64,000 nucleotides of DNA from Macrostomum lignano (taxonomy: Eukaryota). The stretch lies in contig NIVC01000018.1 in assembly GCA_002269645.1 (NCBI GenBank), positions 124,001-188,000 on the forward strand, given 5' to 3'. A program made the translations under genes and the position numbers. This document shows positions 37,488 through 49,400 of the stretch, one piece after another. Under the pieces are notes generated by a model, which was given only the letters and a program-made list of their open reading frames with translations, was not told the DNA's origin and searched no databases. Every line of letters begins with the position of its first letter. The stretch's first letter is position 1.

Positions 37488-38875
37488 GTTTAAGAAAAAC
37501 TAACTATTTTGATAATCAGCAGTTGCTATATTAGCAAAAATAGGGACATTTATAAAACAATCCTATAATCTATATAAATGAACAAATGGTATTGTTTAAT
37601 AAATAAAATTCAATTCAAAAATATTTTTTATTTACAACATAAGATCAACTATATAAAACTCATAAGGCATTAATTTATTAGGTGATTTGTATTGTTGTAT
37701 TGAGAGCCAAAGGAGAAAATGTGACTTGGTTTATGAGATTTGACTCTTTTATTCAAGTTTGATTTTTGGATATATAAGCTAAGCATTGTATTTTACATAT
37801 ATATAGCAGTAAAAATTGAAAAAACAGGTTGCCATTTTCATTTTTATGAGATAATTACAATTTGGTCTAAGGAAAACCAAGTCATTCTTTCTGCCTTTGG
37901 CTCTAGGTTCAACTATGCAAACACAGTAAGTCAATGTTAGGGTCACTAGGCTACTCTAGGTATTGCAACATATTGGGAAAATAATGCTATAGTTATTTGT
38001 TTAGCACTAGAAAGAAACACAAACTTTCTTTTTCTATTTTTCTAGTACTAGACATTAATAAAGGCCATGGTAAGATTAAATAAGAGCTACTCTACTATGC
38101 AATATTCTTAAAATGCATTGATTTTAGATAAAAAAATATAAAATAACATGAGGAGTATTTAGCCTGTTAATAAAGCAAGTTTAAAATATTTAAATAGCTG
38201 TACCCTTTTTATTATATCTGCATTTTTATAAATCATATATGGCATATTACTAGTGTTTGTCAAAAATAAAAATATGCTTATATTAGAGGGCAGTTATAAT
38301 TAACAATTTTCTTAATCAAATCAATATCTATGCTTAATTTTTTTCTTGTAGCCTATCTGTAGCTTTGTAGTTAATTTCATATAACTTCCCATGGCTATGT
38401 ACCTATAAATGACCTTCATGGGCTCTTTATGCTAGCTTGGTCTGAATTATTCTTAACTTTAGCCTCCACTACCCCAACCATAAAAAGTGCATGTGGCATA
38501 AAAAATCTGTTGCTTGAGTCCCAAACCCTAGTGACTTTGTATATTCTTTATATTATATTTTTGAAAGATAATTTGACATTGTATAACCCTTTACTTGCAT
38601 GACTATGAGTTAATTATTTGTCAGTTGAACTAATCAAACTTGCCTACAATGGCACAGCAAAAGCATGCATTCTCTGGCAGCACTGTGTATGCCGAACAGT
38701 TTAAGTAAGTTGATTATTTTTTACTATATTATTAAATTAACAGTAGTACTTTTTACCCACTTCAACATTGCTGTGCCCGAATATTATAAGCGCGCACTAT
38801 CACAGGCGCGCAATAGCACAAGCGCGCAATGTCATAAGCGCGCAATATCATGAGCTTGTGCTACTGCGCTCCTAT

Positions 38876-38910
38876 ATGATAGTGCGCGCTCCGCAATGTG
38901 TCCCTGGTAT
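38876..38910 (+). CDS. BCAS3: BCAS3 putative short first exon (MIVRAPQCVPG..)
   Basis: ATG 38876, donor AT|gtgagc phase 2 fits the acceptor at 38964/38965; IVRAPQCV recalls VVVRPQAV of vertebrate BCAS3. Alternative: ATG 38896 with donor 38907. Confidence 0.45.
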
Positions 38911-38964
38911 GTGAGCTGAGCTCTGGCAATGAATAAGCACAAACCTATCTGGCGCCATCCGCAG

Positions 38965-39337
38965 CGAGAGCACCCTAGTTGACAACCTGCTGGTTCTGTT
39001 TAACGACGTTGTCTCAACTACGGCGGCCGCCGCCGCTCGCGGTGGCGGCTCCTCCAGCTCGCAATCGACAACGCCGCCGGCGTTCGCCAGCGCCGGCAGC
39101 TCAGCCGAGGACTGCCAGCTGCACCAGCACCATCTCAACCAGCAGCTGCAGCAGCAGCAGAACAATCATCACGGCAGTTGCGGATTGCAGCAGCACCAGA
39201 GCCAGAGGCGGCTGCACTATGAGCAGGTGCGATGGGCCAAGTTCGATCAGCTGAGCGCCAGCGATCTGGTCGCTGAATCGGCTGCTTATCACGATGAGGC
39301 ATCGACACCCCTGCTGCTGCTGCTGGGCCTTGATCAG
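38965..39337 (+). CDS. BCAS3: BCAS3/Rudhira exon 2
   Basis: ESTLVDNLLVLFNDVV and EQVRWAKFDQL...PLLLLLGLDQ match the BCAS3 N-terminus; donor CAG|gtttgt phase 0. Confidence 0.85.
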
Positions 39338-39430
39338 GTTTGTGTCACGGCCAGTGGATCATTTCATGCTACTTTTTTCGGGATCAGATCGGCTGTGTAT
39401 GGGGGCTGCTAACATCACAGGTCCCAGATT

Positions 39431-39885
39431 CTAGATGCTGAATCCCAAATCCCCAATGTGTGGGATCCTGAATCCCAAATCCCCAGTGTGTGGGATGCTG
39501 AATCCCAAATCCCCAGTGTGTGGGATGCTGAATCCCAAATCCCCAGTGTGTGGGATGCTGAATCCCAAATCCCCAATGTGTGGGATCCTGAATCCCAAAT
39601 CCCCAGTGTGTGGGATGCTGAATCCCAAATCCCCAGTGTGTGGGATGCTGAATCCCAAATCCCCAATGTGTGGGATGCTGAATCCCAAATCCCCAGTGTG
39701 TGGGATGCTGAATCCCAAATCCCCAGTGTGTGGGATGCTGAATCCCAAATCCCCAATGTGTGGAATGCTGAATCCCAAATCCCCAGTGTGTGGGATGCTG
39801 AATCCCAAAATCCCTAATGAGTGGGATGCTGAATCCCAAATTCCCAGTGTGTGGGATGCTGAATCACAAATTCCAATGTGGGATG
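39431..39885. repeat. 30-bp minisatellite (TGGGATGCTGAATCCCAAATCCCCAGTGTG)n in a BCAS3 intron
   Basis: About 15 units. Confidence 0.95.
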
Positions 39886-39986
39886 CGGCATAATAATCTA
39901 TTTCCCTAATTTGATGGTGCTTATTTATCAGACTCCCCTATTTCGCTCCCATTGAATGAATCAACGAAGCCCCATCTCAACTGCAG

Positions 39987-40672
39987 GGCCTGCAAGTCTG
40001 GCTGCTCAGGCCTGGCGGGGATGCTCAGCTGGCCATGCGGCTCGGCCATTGTCCGGCCCGAGTCGCCTGTCTGCTGCCGAGTCCGCGCGGCTCTCAAGAC
40101 GCCGCCTCGGATCGCTACCGGGCCCAGCGGCCACTCCTGGCCGTCTGCTGGGCCCGGCCGGGCTCGGACAATTCGGCCAATTTCATATCATTGCGCAGCC
40201 ACGAATCCGTCCGCGAGGCGGCCAGCGAAGCCGCCGAACCAATTCAACAGATTGTGGCTAGCAGGCGGCGAGTTGTGCTGGCGCACGGCGGCGCGGAGCC
40301 TCGAGTCCTGGTGCTCGGCGCTCACGATCTGGCCAAATTGGCCGTGCTGTCCGGCCTGTGCTGTCCGGCTGGCTCGCTTCCGCTGGCTCTGTCCGACCGT
40401 TGGCTGGCTTACGCCGATCGGGCTCTGCGTCCGCAGCGTCGCTCGGTGCACCAGCTGGCTAGCGAAGCTCTGGACGCTCCGCCAATGACGTCGGTGCTGC
40501 GTTCGGTGACGGCGTTTTTCAGCGGAGGCGGCGGCGGTGGTGGCAGCAGCGGTAGTAGCGGAACCGGTTCCGGCGGCGGAAGTGGAGGCGGATCTGGCGG
40601 AAAAAGTGGCGGACAATCCGGCGTTGTTACTGTGCTGGATCTGGGCCGGCTGAGCAGCGGGGCCATTGTCAG
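39987..40672 (+). CDS. BCAS3: BCAS3 exon 3 (WD40-like propeller)
   Basis: Acceptor ctgcag|GGC; GLQVWLLRPGGDAQL..., ALSDRWLAYADR, GVVTVLDL; donor AG|gtgcgc phase 2. Confidence 0.92.
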
Positions 40673-40684
40673 GTGCGCTTGTTA

Positions 40685-41072
40685 GATTGCTAGTCTATAT
40701 GCGGTGGATTGCTAGTCTATATGCTGTGGATTGCTAGTCTATATGCGGTGGATTGCTAGTCTATATGCTGTGGATTGCTAGTCTATATGCTGTGGATTGC
40801 TAGTCTATATACAATGGATTGCTAGTCCCACAGATTGCTAACTATATACATACGACTATATTAAATATATGCTATTGTTTACTAATCTATACCATGGATT
40901 GCTAATTTATGCACTGGATTGCTAATCTATACATTGGATTGCTAATCTATGCATTGGATTGCTAATCTATGCATTGGATTGCTAATCCATACATTGGATT
41001 GCTAATCTATGCATTTGATTGCTAATCTATGCATTGGATTGCTAATCTATACATTGGATTGCTAATCTATAC
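40685..41072. repeat. ~20-bp minisatellite (TGGATTGCTA(G/A)TCTATATGC/GCAT) in a BCAS3 intron
   Basis: Two sub-arrays with a diverged middle. Confidence 0.9.
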
Positions 41073-41205
41073 CATAAATTCGATGTATTTGCATAGTTAT
41101 TCATTGAGTAGAAACAAATTTTTCTGTAGTAGTTGTAACATTACTACTAAACAAGTAGTAAAGACATCAATTTAACACCAGCACTCCCTAAACCCGCCAC
41201 CGCAG

Positions 41206-41563
41206 AGATCCTCACGAATCGAGCGTCACAGCGGCGGCCATGGTGGCCCACTTTGTCGCCCACGCCGGCCCGCTGGCCTGGCTAGCCTGGGACCCGGCCG
41301 GCGGCCTGCTACTCACGGCCGACACTTCCGCTCGCTACTTTCACGTGTTCCGCCTTCAGGCGCATCCGCTCAGCTGCACGGCCACCTCTGTGCAGCTTTT
41401 GTACAGGCTTTACCGCGGCGAGACCCCCGCCAGCGTGCAGGACGCCGTGTTCTCTCGCGACTCCCGCTGGGTGGCCGTGTCCACTAATCACGGCACTACT
41501 CACGTGTTTCCTATTTGCCCTTACGGCGGCCCGGCTAACTGGAGGACTCACGGTGGACCCCAG
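41206..41563 (+). CDS. BCAS3: BCAS3 exon 4 (WD40 repeats)
   Basis: Acceptor ccgcag|A phase 2; VAHFVAHAGPLAWLAWDPAGGLLLTAD...LYRLYRGETPASVQDAVFSRDSRWVAVSTNHGTTHVFPICPYGG is characteristic of BCAS3; donor CAG|gtgggt. Confidence 0.95.
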
Positions 41564-41608
41564 GTGGGTGTATTAGCATTGTGAATACCTATGGTCGTCT
41601 GGATTTTC

Positions 41609-42082
41609 TCATGGGGATCTGGGAGTTTGATATCCCCTAGCATGGGGATCTGGGAGTTTGATATCCCCTATCATGGGGATCTGGGAGTTTGATATCCCCT
41701 AGCATGGGGATCTGGGAGTTTGATATCCCCTATCATGGGGATCTGGGAGTTTGATATATCCTAGCATGGGGATCTGGGAGTTTGATATCCCCTAGCATGG
41801 GGATCTGGGAGTTTGATATCCCCTATCATGGGGATCTGGGAGTTTGATATCCCCTAGCATGGGGATCTGGGAGTTTGATATCCCCTATCATGGGGATCTG
41901 GGAATTTGATATCCTCTATCATGGGGATCTGGGAGTTTGATATCCTCTATCATGGGGATCTGGGAGTTTGATATCCTCTATCATGGGGATCTGGGAGTTT
42001 GATATCCTATCATGGAGATCTGGGAGATTGATATCCTATCATGGGGATCTGGGAGATTGATATCCCTATCATGGAGATCTGG
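41609..42082. repeat. 31-bp minisatellite (CATGGGGATCTGGGAGTTTGATATCCCCTAG)n in a BCAS3 intron
   Basis: About 15 units, period 31. Confidence 0.95.
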
Positions 42083-42325
42083 GCTTCTTGCAATGTTATA
42101 TTTGTCGCTAAATGAATACAATGATGCAAAGTCAGATAGATTGGAACTAATGATACGAGTTTAAGAACGGTATTTTTCAAGCTCTTATTTGTTGTCACCG
42201 TGTGTTAACCGCCGACCAATCGCTATTGAAGATTCGCTTTATACTCTTTACTTGCTACTACTCAGTAGGGAGTAGGCGATTAAAATATTGTATTAAATTT
42301 TTTAATTTAAATCTACAACTTCCAG

Positions 42326-43393
42326 GTGGTGAACCGGGCCTCCTGCTACCAGAAGACCAGCGGCTTTGAGCCGCAGTCACAGTCCAAGCCAGTAGTGCAG
42401 TCTCCGTTAGCCCAGGTGAAGCTCCAACCGGCGACAACATCAAAGGCTGCCGGAGCTTCTTCGTCCTCCTCATCCTCCTCGTCGTTGGCCTCGTCCGGCT
42501 CGACTGGCGGCATCTGCAAGGCGGCCGTGTTCGCCCCGGCCCGCGCCAATCCACATGCCGATGCCGCAGCCGCCTCCGCCTCGGCGTTGCGCGATGCCGC
42601 GCCAGCGGAGTCTCTGTTCGTGTTCACCGGGCCGGCCTGCTGCAGCGAGCACAGTCTGGATGTTCAGCCGAAGCTGCCGCTGCCGCAGGGATTCACCGTT
42701 GACCGGGCGCCTCCGGATCAGCCTGTTGAGCTGGACTGCCGGCCAGTGGCCCTGTGGCGTCTGGCCGCTCCGCCCGGCTGTCCACAGGGCAGCCACCCGG
42801 CCCTGCTGCGGGCCAGCGACTATCCGACGGCCGACTCTCTGCCGGCCGCGGACGCCCGATCGCGCGAGTCGCTGGCCTCGGACAGCAGTCGGAGCAGTTA
42901 CAACTACGAGGAGTCCTGGCCTAGCCAGGTAGAGATCACTTGCCATCTTGGCCCGGCCAGGCGGCTGTGGATGGGGCCGCAGTTTGCATTCCGCACCTAT
43001 CAGGATCCCGAGGCCGCCGTGGCCTCTGCGAATTCCGCGCCAACCGCTTCGGCTGCCTCGTCGGCGTCGCTGACTGCCGCGGCGTCGGCGCCGGCGCCTG
43101 TCCGACGTCGGGCGAGCAGCTCGGGTTCGAGCGCCGCCTCTGGCCGGCTGCAGATCGAAGGCGGCTCGTACACGGAGCCGGGCCCGCTGCTGCAGCGAGC
43201 CCTGCTGCACTCGTCCAATCCGTCATCGTCTCTGGGCTCGGACAGTCTGCTGCTGCTGAACGACGCCATTCAGGACTGTCGATCGCCGTCGCCCACAGCC
43301 GCCATTGTCGGTTCGTCTGTTGTTTCAGTCGCCGCCGAACCCAACGCCGTTGTCGGCTTTCGCGACGAGGATTTTCAAGAGTCCTGGGAGTGA
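42326..43393 (+). CDS. BCAS3: BCAS3 exon 5 (last; BCAS3 C-terminal domain)
   Basis: Acceptor ttccag|GTG; VVNRASCYQKTSGFE and SQVEITCHLGPARRLWMGPQFAFRTY match conserved BCAS3 motifs; TGA 43391-43393. Confidence 0.93.
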   Translation: MVNRASCYQKTSGFEPQSQSKPVVQSPLAQVKLQPATTSKAAGASSSSSSSSSLASSGSTGGICKAAVFAPARANPHADAAAASASALRDAAPAESLFVFTGPACCSEHSLDVQPKLPLPQGFTVDRAPPDQPVELDCRPVALWRLAAPPGCPQGSHPALLRASDYPTADSLPAADARSRESLASDSSRSSYNYEESWPSQVEITCHLGPARRLWMGPQFAFRTYQDPEAAVASANSAPTASAASSASLTAAASAPAPVRRRASSSGSSAASGRLQIEGGSYTEPGPLLQRALLHSSNPSSSLGSDSLLLLNDAIQDCRSPSPTAAIVGSSVVSVAAEPNAVVGFRDEDFQESWE

Positions 43394-43624
43394 GCAGGGG
43401 TGCTGTCTGTGGTTTGGGTCTCATTGACCTGTTCTCTCTAGTTGTTGACCAGCTACTGAATGTGCAAGGGGGGTTTCCTTTGGTGCCGATTCGTGTCAGG
43501 ATTTCTTGACGTTTTTTAATGGTATCTTTTTCCGGCTTTTATTAACCGTATGATTGATTTGATTGATTGATTGATTTGCTTAATTGATTTGAAATAATGC
43601 AAATCTATGCAGAATTCAACATAG

Positions 43625-45108
43625 GTGTGAAGGAATAGAATGGATTGCTAATCTAGCCAACGTCAATGAAGGAATAAAATGGATTGCTAATCTAGGCTGC
43701 ATCAGTGATGAAGGAATAGAATGGATTGCTAATCTAGCCTACATCAGTGAAGGAATAGAATGGATTGCTAATCTAGGCTGCATCAGTGATGAAGGAATAG
43801 AATGGATTGCTAATCTAGCCTGCATTAGTGATGAAGGAATAGAATGGATTGCTAATCTAGCCTACATCAGTGAAGGAATAGAATGGATTGCTAATCTAGC
43901 CTACATCAGTGAAGGAATAGAATGGATTGCTAATCTAGCCTGCATCAGTGATGAAGGAATAGAATGGATTGCTAATCTAGCCTACATCAATGAAGGAATA
44001 GAATGGATTGCTAATCTAGCCTACGTCAATGAAGGAATAGAATGGATTGCTAATCTAGCCTGCATCAGTGATGAAGGAATAGAATGGATTGCTAATCTAG
44101 CCTACATCAATGAAGGAATAGAATGGATTGCTAATCTAGCCTACGTCAATGAAGGAATAGAATGGATTGCTAATCTAGCCTGCATCAGTGATGAAGGAAT
44201 AGAATGGATTGCTAATCTAGCCTACGTCAATGAAGGAATAGAATGGATTGCTAATCTAGCCTACATCAGTGAAGGAATAGAATGGATTGCTAATCTAGCC
44301 TACATCAATGAAGGAATAGAATGGATTGCTAATCTAGCCTACGTCAATGAAGGAATAGAATGGATTGCTAATCTAGCCTGCATCAGTGATGAAGGAATAG
44401 AATGGATTGCTAATCTAGCCTACATCAATGAAGGAATAGAATGGATTGCTAATCTAGCCTACGTCAATGAAGGAATAGAATGGATTGCTAATCTAGCCTG
44501 CATCAGTGATGAAGGAATAGAATGGATTGCTAATCTAGCCTACATCAGTGAAGGAATAGAATGGATTGCTAATCTAGCCTACGTCAATGAAGGAATAGAA
44601 TGGATTGCTAATCTAGCCTACGTCAATGAAGGAATAGAATGGATTGCTAATCTAGCCTACATCAATGAAGGAATAGAATGGATTGCTAATCTAGCCTACA
44701 TCAGTGAAGGAATAGAATGGATTGCTAATCTAGCCTGCATCAGTGATGAAGGAATAGAATGGATTGCTAATCTAGCCTACATCAATGATGAAGGAATAGA
44801 ATGGATTGCTAATCTAGCCTACATCAGTGAAGGAATAGAATGGATTGCTAATCTAGCCTACATCAATGATGAAGGAATGGAATGGATTGCTAATCTAGCC
44901 TACATCAATGATGAAGGAATAGAATGGATTGCTAATCTAGCCTACATCAATGATGAAGGAATAGAATGGATTGCTAATCTAGTCTACATCAATAATGAAG
45001 GATGGAATGGATTGCTAATCTAGTCTACATCAATAATGAAGGATGGAATGGATTGCTAATCTAGTCTACATCAATAATGAAGGATGGAATGGATTGCTAA
45101 TCTAGCCA
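43625..45108. repeat. 39/42-bp satellite (GAAGGAATAGAATGGATTGCTAATCTAGCCTACATCAGT)n
   Basis: About 37 units, period 39 (43872 to 43911), with a +GAT variant. Confidence 0.95.
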
Positions 45109-45919
45109 ATGGTAGAAGTTACATATCAATACCGTACAGTAAGTGGTGTTATTCTGTAACCGCTTCACCAATTTACAGTACAACCATGCTAATACGAGTC
45201 GCCCGCTGACTCATAACTTTTATAGCCCCTGCTATCACTGTGCGGGTCAGTCTTATTTTGACAAAGAAATTTTATTGTGATAATAAAATTAGTCACTTGT
45301 AAATACTTTAAATAAGTAAATATACTAATTTTTCATAAGTATTTGAACTTAAATAATTCTCTGCTTATTCTGTACATATCGAACTCCAGTTTGATTAGGC
45401 CGCGTCTTACCTAATAGTACAAATATTAGTGTGTGTACTTTTATGGCCTTTGCAAACACAAATTGCGCCATATATCTTGATCAATCAATATTAACACTGC
45501 AATGGATAAGAACTATTAGAAAGTTCCGAGCACGATGTCAAAATCGAATTTTATTGGTGAATTGGTGTTCTAATATTTTTTTCAATTTTATAATAATTTC
45601 CGTTCTTTCGTTAGACAGTTGCGCTGATATGCAATTAATGCACAATTGTCATCAGTTGTTTGTGAATAAATACTGCCTATTGCTACTGATTCCATTGATT
45701 CTCTATTGCGCTGTTCCTTCTCTGATAATATGCCTTATCTATATCCGCTTATATATATTTATATCTATATTTATAGCTTCATTTTTTAGTTCTTGCTTTC
45801 CTTAAACCAGCTTAGGGCTGGCCTGTCTTTAACGTTGTGATCGCTATAAAGGTGCTCCTGCTGGCTGACTTGGGAGCAGTAGAGTGGTGGTGCTCGTGTG
45901 AGGAGGTGGTGATTAGGCT

Positions 45920-46130
45920 AGTAGTGGCTGTAGTTTATTCGTTAGAGCGTCAGACTCACGACTGAAAGGTCGGGGGTTCGATTCTCGACCCACTTGGAAC
46001 AATCTGTGTCCTTGAGCAAGATACTTGTAAAATGGGTGCCAGCATTAGCTGGGGTAATTGAGGGGTATGTGGCGACCCCCCCAGTCCTTGGACTGAACAG
46101 CCGTACGCAGCCTTCAGATGCTATCATTCA
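45920..46130 (+). mobile_element. tRNA-derived SINE (degenerate tRNA head plus central TGTGTCCTTGAGCAAGATACTT motif)
   Basis: A-box-like TGGCTGTAGT..GTTAG, anticodon-arm remnant TCAGACTCACGACTGA, B-box GGTTCGATTC at 45975-45984, then TGTGTCCTTGAGCAAGATACTT...AAATGGGTGCCAGC, resembling conserved central motifs of metazoan SINEs. Confidence 0.7.
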
Positions 46131-46974
46131 TTTTGGGCTTGTGCACAGAGCCTAGAGAGTAGAGCATTGATTGCTCATACAACTAAGTCAGCAGGACCGC
46201 GTGAAAGTTCTTGTAGAAAAAGATACTTGGCGTATGAACTTTCATTACTAATTGTTTGTTTATGATTTATTTAATTAGTGTCACCAGCATTAGCCATCAG
46301 CTTGCTTTTCTAATCATTTTTAGATTGACTAATAAATCCTAGTGAATTCCTGTACTTTATGACTTGGTTAACTTGACAGATTTCCACTATATACTACTCT
46401 GTGCGTGTGGCTTTGGTTTAGTAGTATGGTGCGGATAATAATTAATGTTGGTCTGATTTTTTCTCTGCCATTTCTATTTACCAATAATGTATTTATCAAT
46501 ACTGAAGTTGCTTGTTGGAATTATTGAAAACTTATCTACTTTTTTATCTTCTAAGTCTTCGTTGAGTCAAATTATTGAATTTTTTATACCGGGATTTAGG
46601 TGCTGCATGATTACTGTCTAGTAACCTGGCCGCTTTTGCTTGTTCAATAGTTTTTCCTTTTTTATGAATCCTACGGTATTCTATAGCCGTATGTGGCGTT
46701 TTCCGCGGCTAAAACTTTGAACGGACTCATTCTTGTGCGTGTTTGTTTAAATGGACGAGGGCTTTAACAGATGTTCTTTGTTAATTTTCTTCAGGCCGGT
46801 TCTATTCAGAGCTAAATAATAATAATAATTGCTGTCGCCTTTTCAAAAATAGACTATGCATCTCTTTGACTAAATGATTTGTTTAATACTCTTGCATAAG
46901 TTGTGCTGCCATTCTGCTTCCTTTCTTGTGTAGCCAGTTTTTATGTAGATTTGTAGGGAACTTTTTTGTTTCAG

Positions 46975-49400
46975 ATTAGCAGATTTTTAGGACTGTGTTT
47001 TGGCAGATTTGTAGGACTGTGTTTTGGCAGATTTGTAGGACTGTGTTTTGGCAGATTTGTAGGACTGTGTTTTGGCAGATTTGTAGGACTGTGTTTTGGC
47101 AGATTTGTAGGACTGTGTTTTGGCAGATTTGTAGGACTGTGTTTTGGCAGATTTGTAGGACTGTGTTTTGGCAGATTTGTAGGACTGTGTTTTGGCAGAT
47201 TTGTAGGACTGTGTTTTGGCAGATTTGTAGGACTGTGTTTTGGCAGATTTGTAGGGCTGTGTTTTGGCAGATTTGTAGGACTGTGTTTTGGCAGATTTGT
47301 AGGACTGTGTTTTGGCAGATTTGTAGGACTGTGTTTTGGCAGATTTGTAGGACTGTGTTTTGGCAGATTTGTAGGACTGTGTTTTGGCAGATTTGTAGAA
47401 CTGTGTTTTGGCAGATTTGTAGGACTGTGTTTTGGCAGATTTGTAGGACTGTGTTTTGGCAGATTTGTAGGGCTGTGTTTTGGCAGATTTGTAGGACTGT
47501 GTTTTGGCAGATTTGTAGGACTGTGTTTTGGCAGATTTGTAGGACTGTGTTTTGGCAGATTTGTAGGACTGTGTTTTGGCAGATTTGTAGGACTGTGTTT
47601 TGGCAGATTTGTAGGACTGTGTTTTGGCAGATTTGTAGAACTGTGTTTTGGCAGATTTGTAGGACTGTTTTGGCAGGTTTGGCAGATTTGTAGAACTGTG
47701 TTTTGGCAGATTTGTAGGACTGTTTTGGCAGGTTTGGCAGATTTGTAGGACTGTGTTTTGGCAGATTTGTAGAACTGTGTTTTGGCAGATTTGTAGGACT
47801 GTGTTTTGGCAGATTTGTAGGACTGTGTTTTGGCAGATTTGTAGGACTGTGTTTTGGCAGATTTGTAGGACTGTGTTTTGGCAGATTTGTAGAACTGTGT
47901 TTTGGCAGATTTGTAGGACTGTGTTTTGGCAGATTTGTAGAACTGTTTTGGCAGGTTTGGCAGATTTGTAGGACTGTGTTTTGGCAGATTTGTAGAACTG
48001 TTTTTTGGCAGATTTGTAGGACTGTTTTGGCAGGTTTGGCAGATTTGTAGAACTGTGTTTTGGCAGATTTGTAGAACTGTTTTAGCAGGTTTGGCAGATT
48101 TGTAGGACTGTGTTTTGGCAGATTTGTAGGACTGTTTTGGCAGGTTTGGCAGATTTGTAGGACTGTGTTTTGGCAGATTTGTAGGACTGTTTTTCGGCAG
48201 ATTTGTAGGACTGTTTTGGCAGGTTTGGCAGATTTGTAGAACTGTGTTTTGGCAGATTTGTAGGACTGTTTTGGCAGGTTTGGCAGATTTGTAGAACTGT
48301 GTTTTGGCAGATTTGTAGGACTGTTTTGGCAGGTTTGGCAGATTTGTAGGACTGTGTTTTGGCAGATTTGTAGGACTGTGTTTTGGCAGATTTGTAGGAC
48401 TGTGTTTTGGCAGATTTGTAGGGCTGTGTTTTGGCAGATTTGTAGGACTGTGTTTTGGCAGATTTGTAGGACTGTGTTTTGGCAGATTTGTAGGACTGTG
48501 TTTTGGCAGATTTGTAGGACTGTGTTTTGGCAGATTTGTAGGACTGTGTTTTGGCAGATTTGTAGAACTGTGTTTTGGCAGATTTGTAGGACTGTGTTTT
48601 GGCAGATTTGTAGAACTGTTTTGGCAGGTTTGGCAGATTTGTAGGACTGTGTTTTGGCAGATTTGTAGGACTGTTTTGGCAGGTTTGGCAGATTTGTAGA
48701 ACTGTGTTTTGGCAGATTTGTAGGACTGTTTTGGCAGGTTTGGCAGATTTGTAGGACTGTGTTTTGGCAGATTTGTAGGACTGTGTTTTGGCAGATTTGT
48801 AGGACTGTGTTTTGGCAGATTTGTAGGGCTGTGTTTTGGCAGATTTGTAGGACTGTGTTTTGGCAGATTTGTAGGACTGTGTTTTGGCAGATTTGTAGGA
48901 CTGTGTTTTGGCAGATTTGTAGGACTGTGTTTTGGCAGATTTGTAGGACTGTGTTTTGGCAGATTTGTAGAACTGTGTTTTGGCAGATTTGTAGGACTGT
49001 GTTTTGGCAGATTTGTAGAACTGTTTTGGCAGGTTAGGCAGATTTGTAGAACTGTGTTTTGGCAGATTTGTAGAACTGTTTTAGCAGGTTTGGCAGATTT
49101 GTAGGACTGTGTTTTGGCAGATTTGTAGGACTGTTTTGGCAGGTTTGGCAGATTTGTAGGACTGTGTTTTGGCAGATTTGTAGGACTGTTTTTCGGCAGA
49201 TTTGTAGGACTGTTTTGGCAGGTTTGGCAGATTTGTAGAACTGTGTTTTGGCAGATTTGTAGGACTGTTTTGGCAGGTTTGGCAGATTTGTAGAACTGTG
49301 TTTTGGCAGATTTGTAGGACTGTTTTGGCAGGTTTGGCAGATTTGTAGGGCTGTGTTTTGGCAGATTGTAGGACTGTGTTGTGGCAGACTTTAGCAAATT
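46975..49400. repeat. 24-bp satellite (GGCAGATTTGTAGGACTGTGTTTT)n with variant blocks
   Basis: 2.4-kb array; source of the 808-aa minus-strand ORF. Confidence 0.95.

Noticed and set aside
45920-45992. Functional tRNA (anticodon CAC)
   Set aside because: Acceptor and anticodon stems do not pair properly and the sequence runs into SINE-type body motifs.
46971-49397. 808-aa HSPTNLPK repeat protein
   Set aside because: 24-bp satellite lacking stops on one strand by chance; no domain and no credible start.
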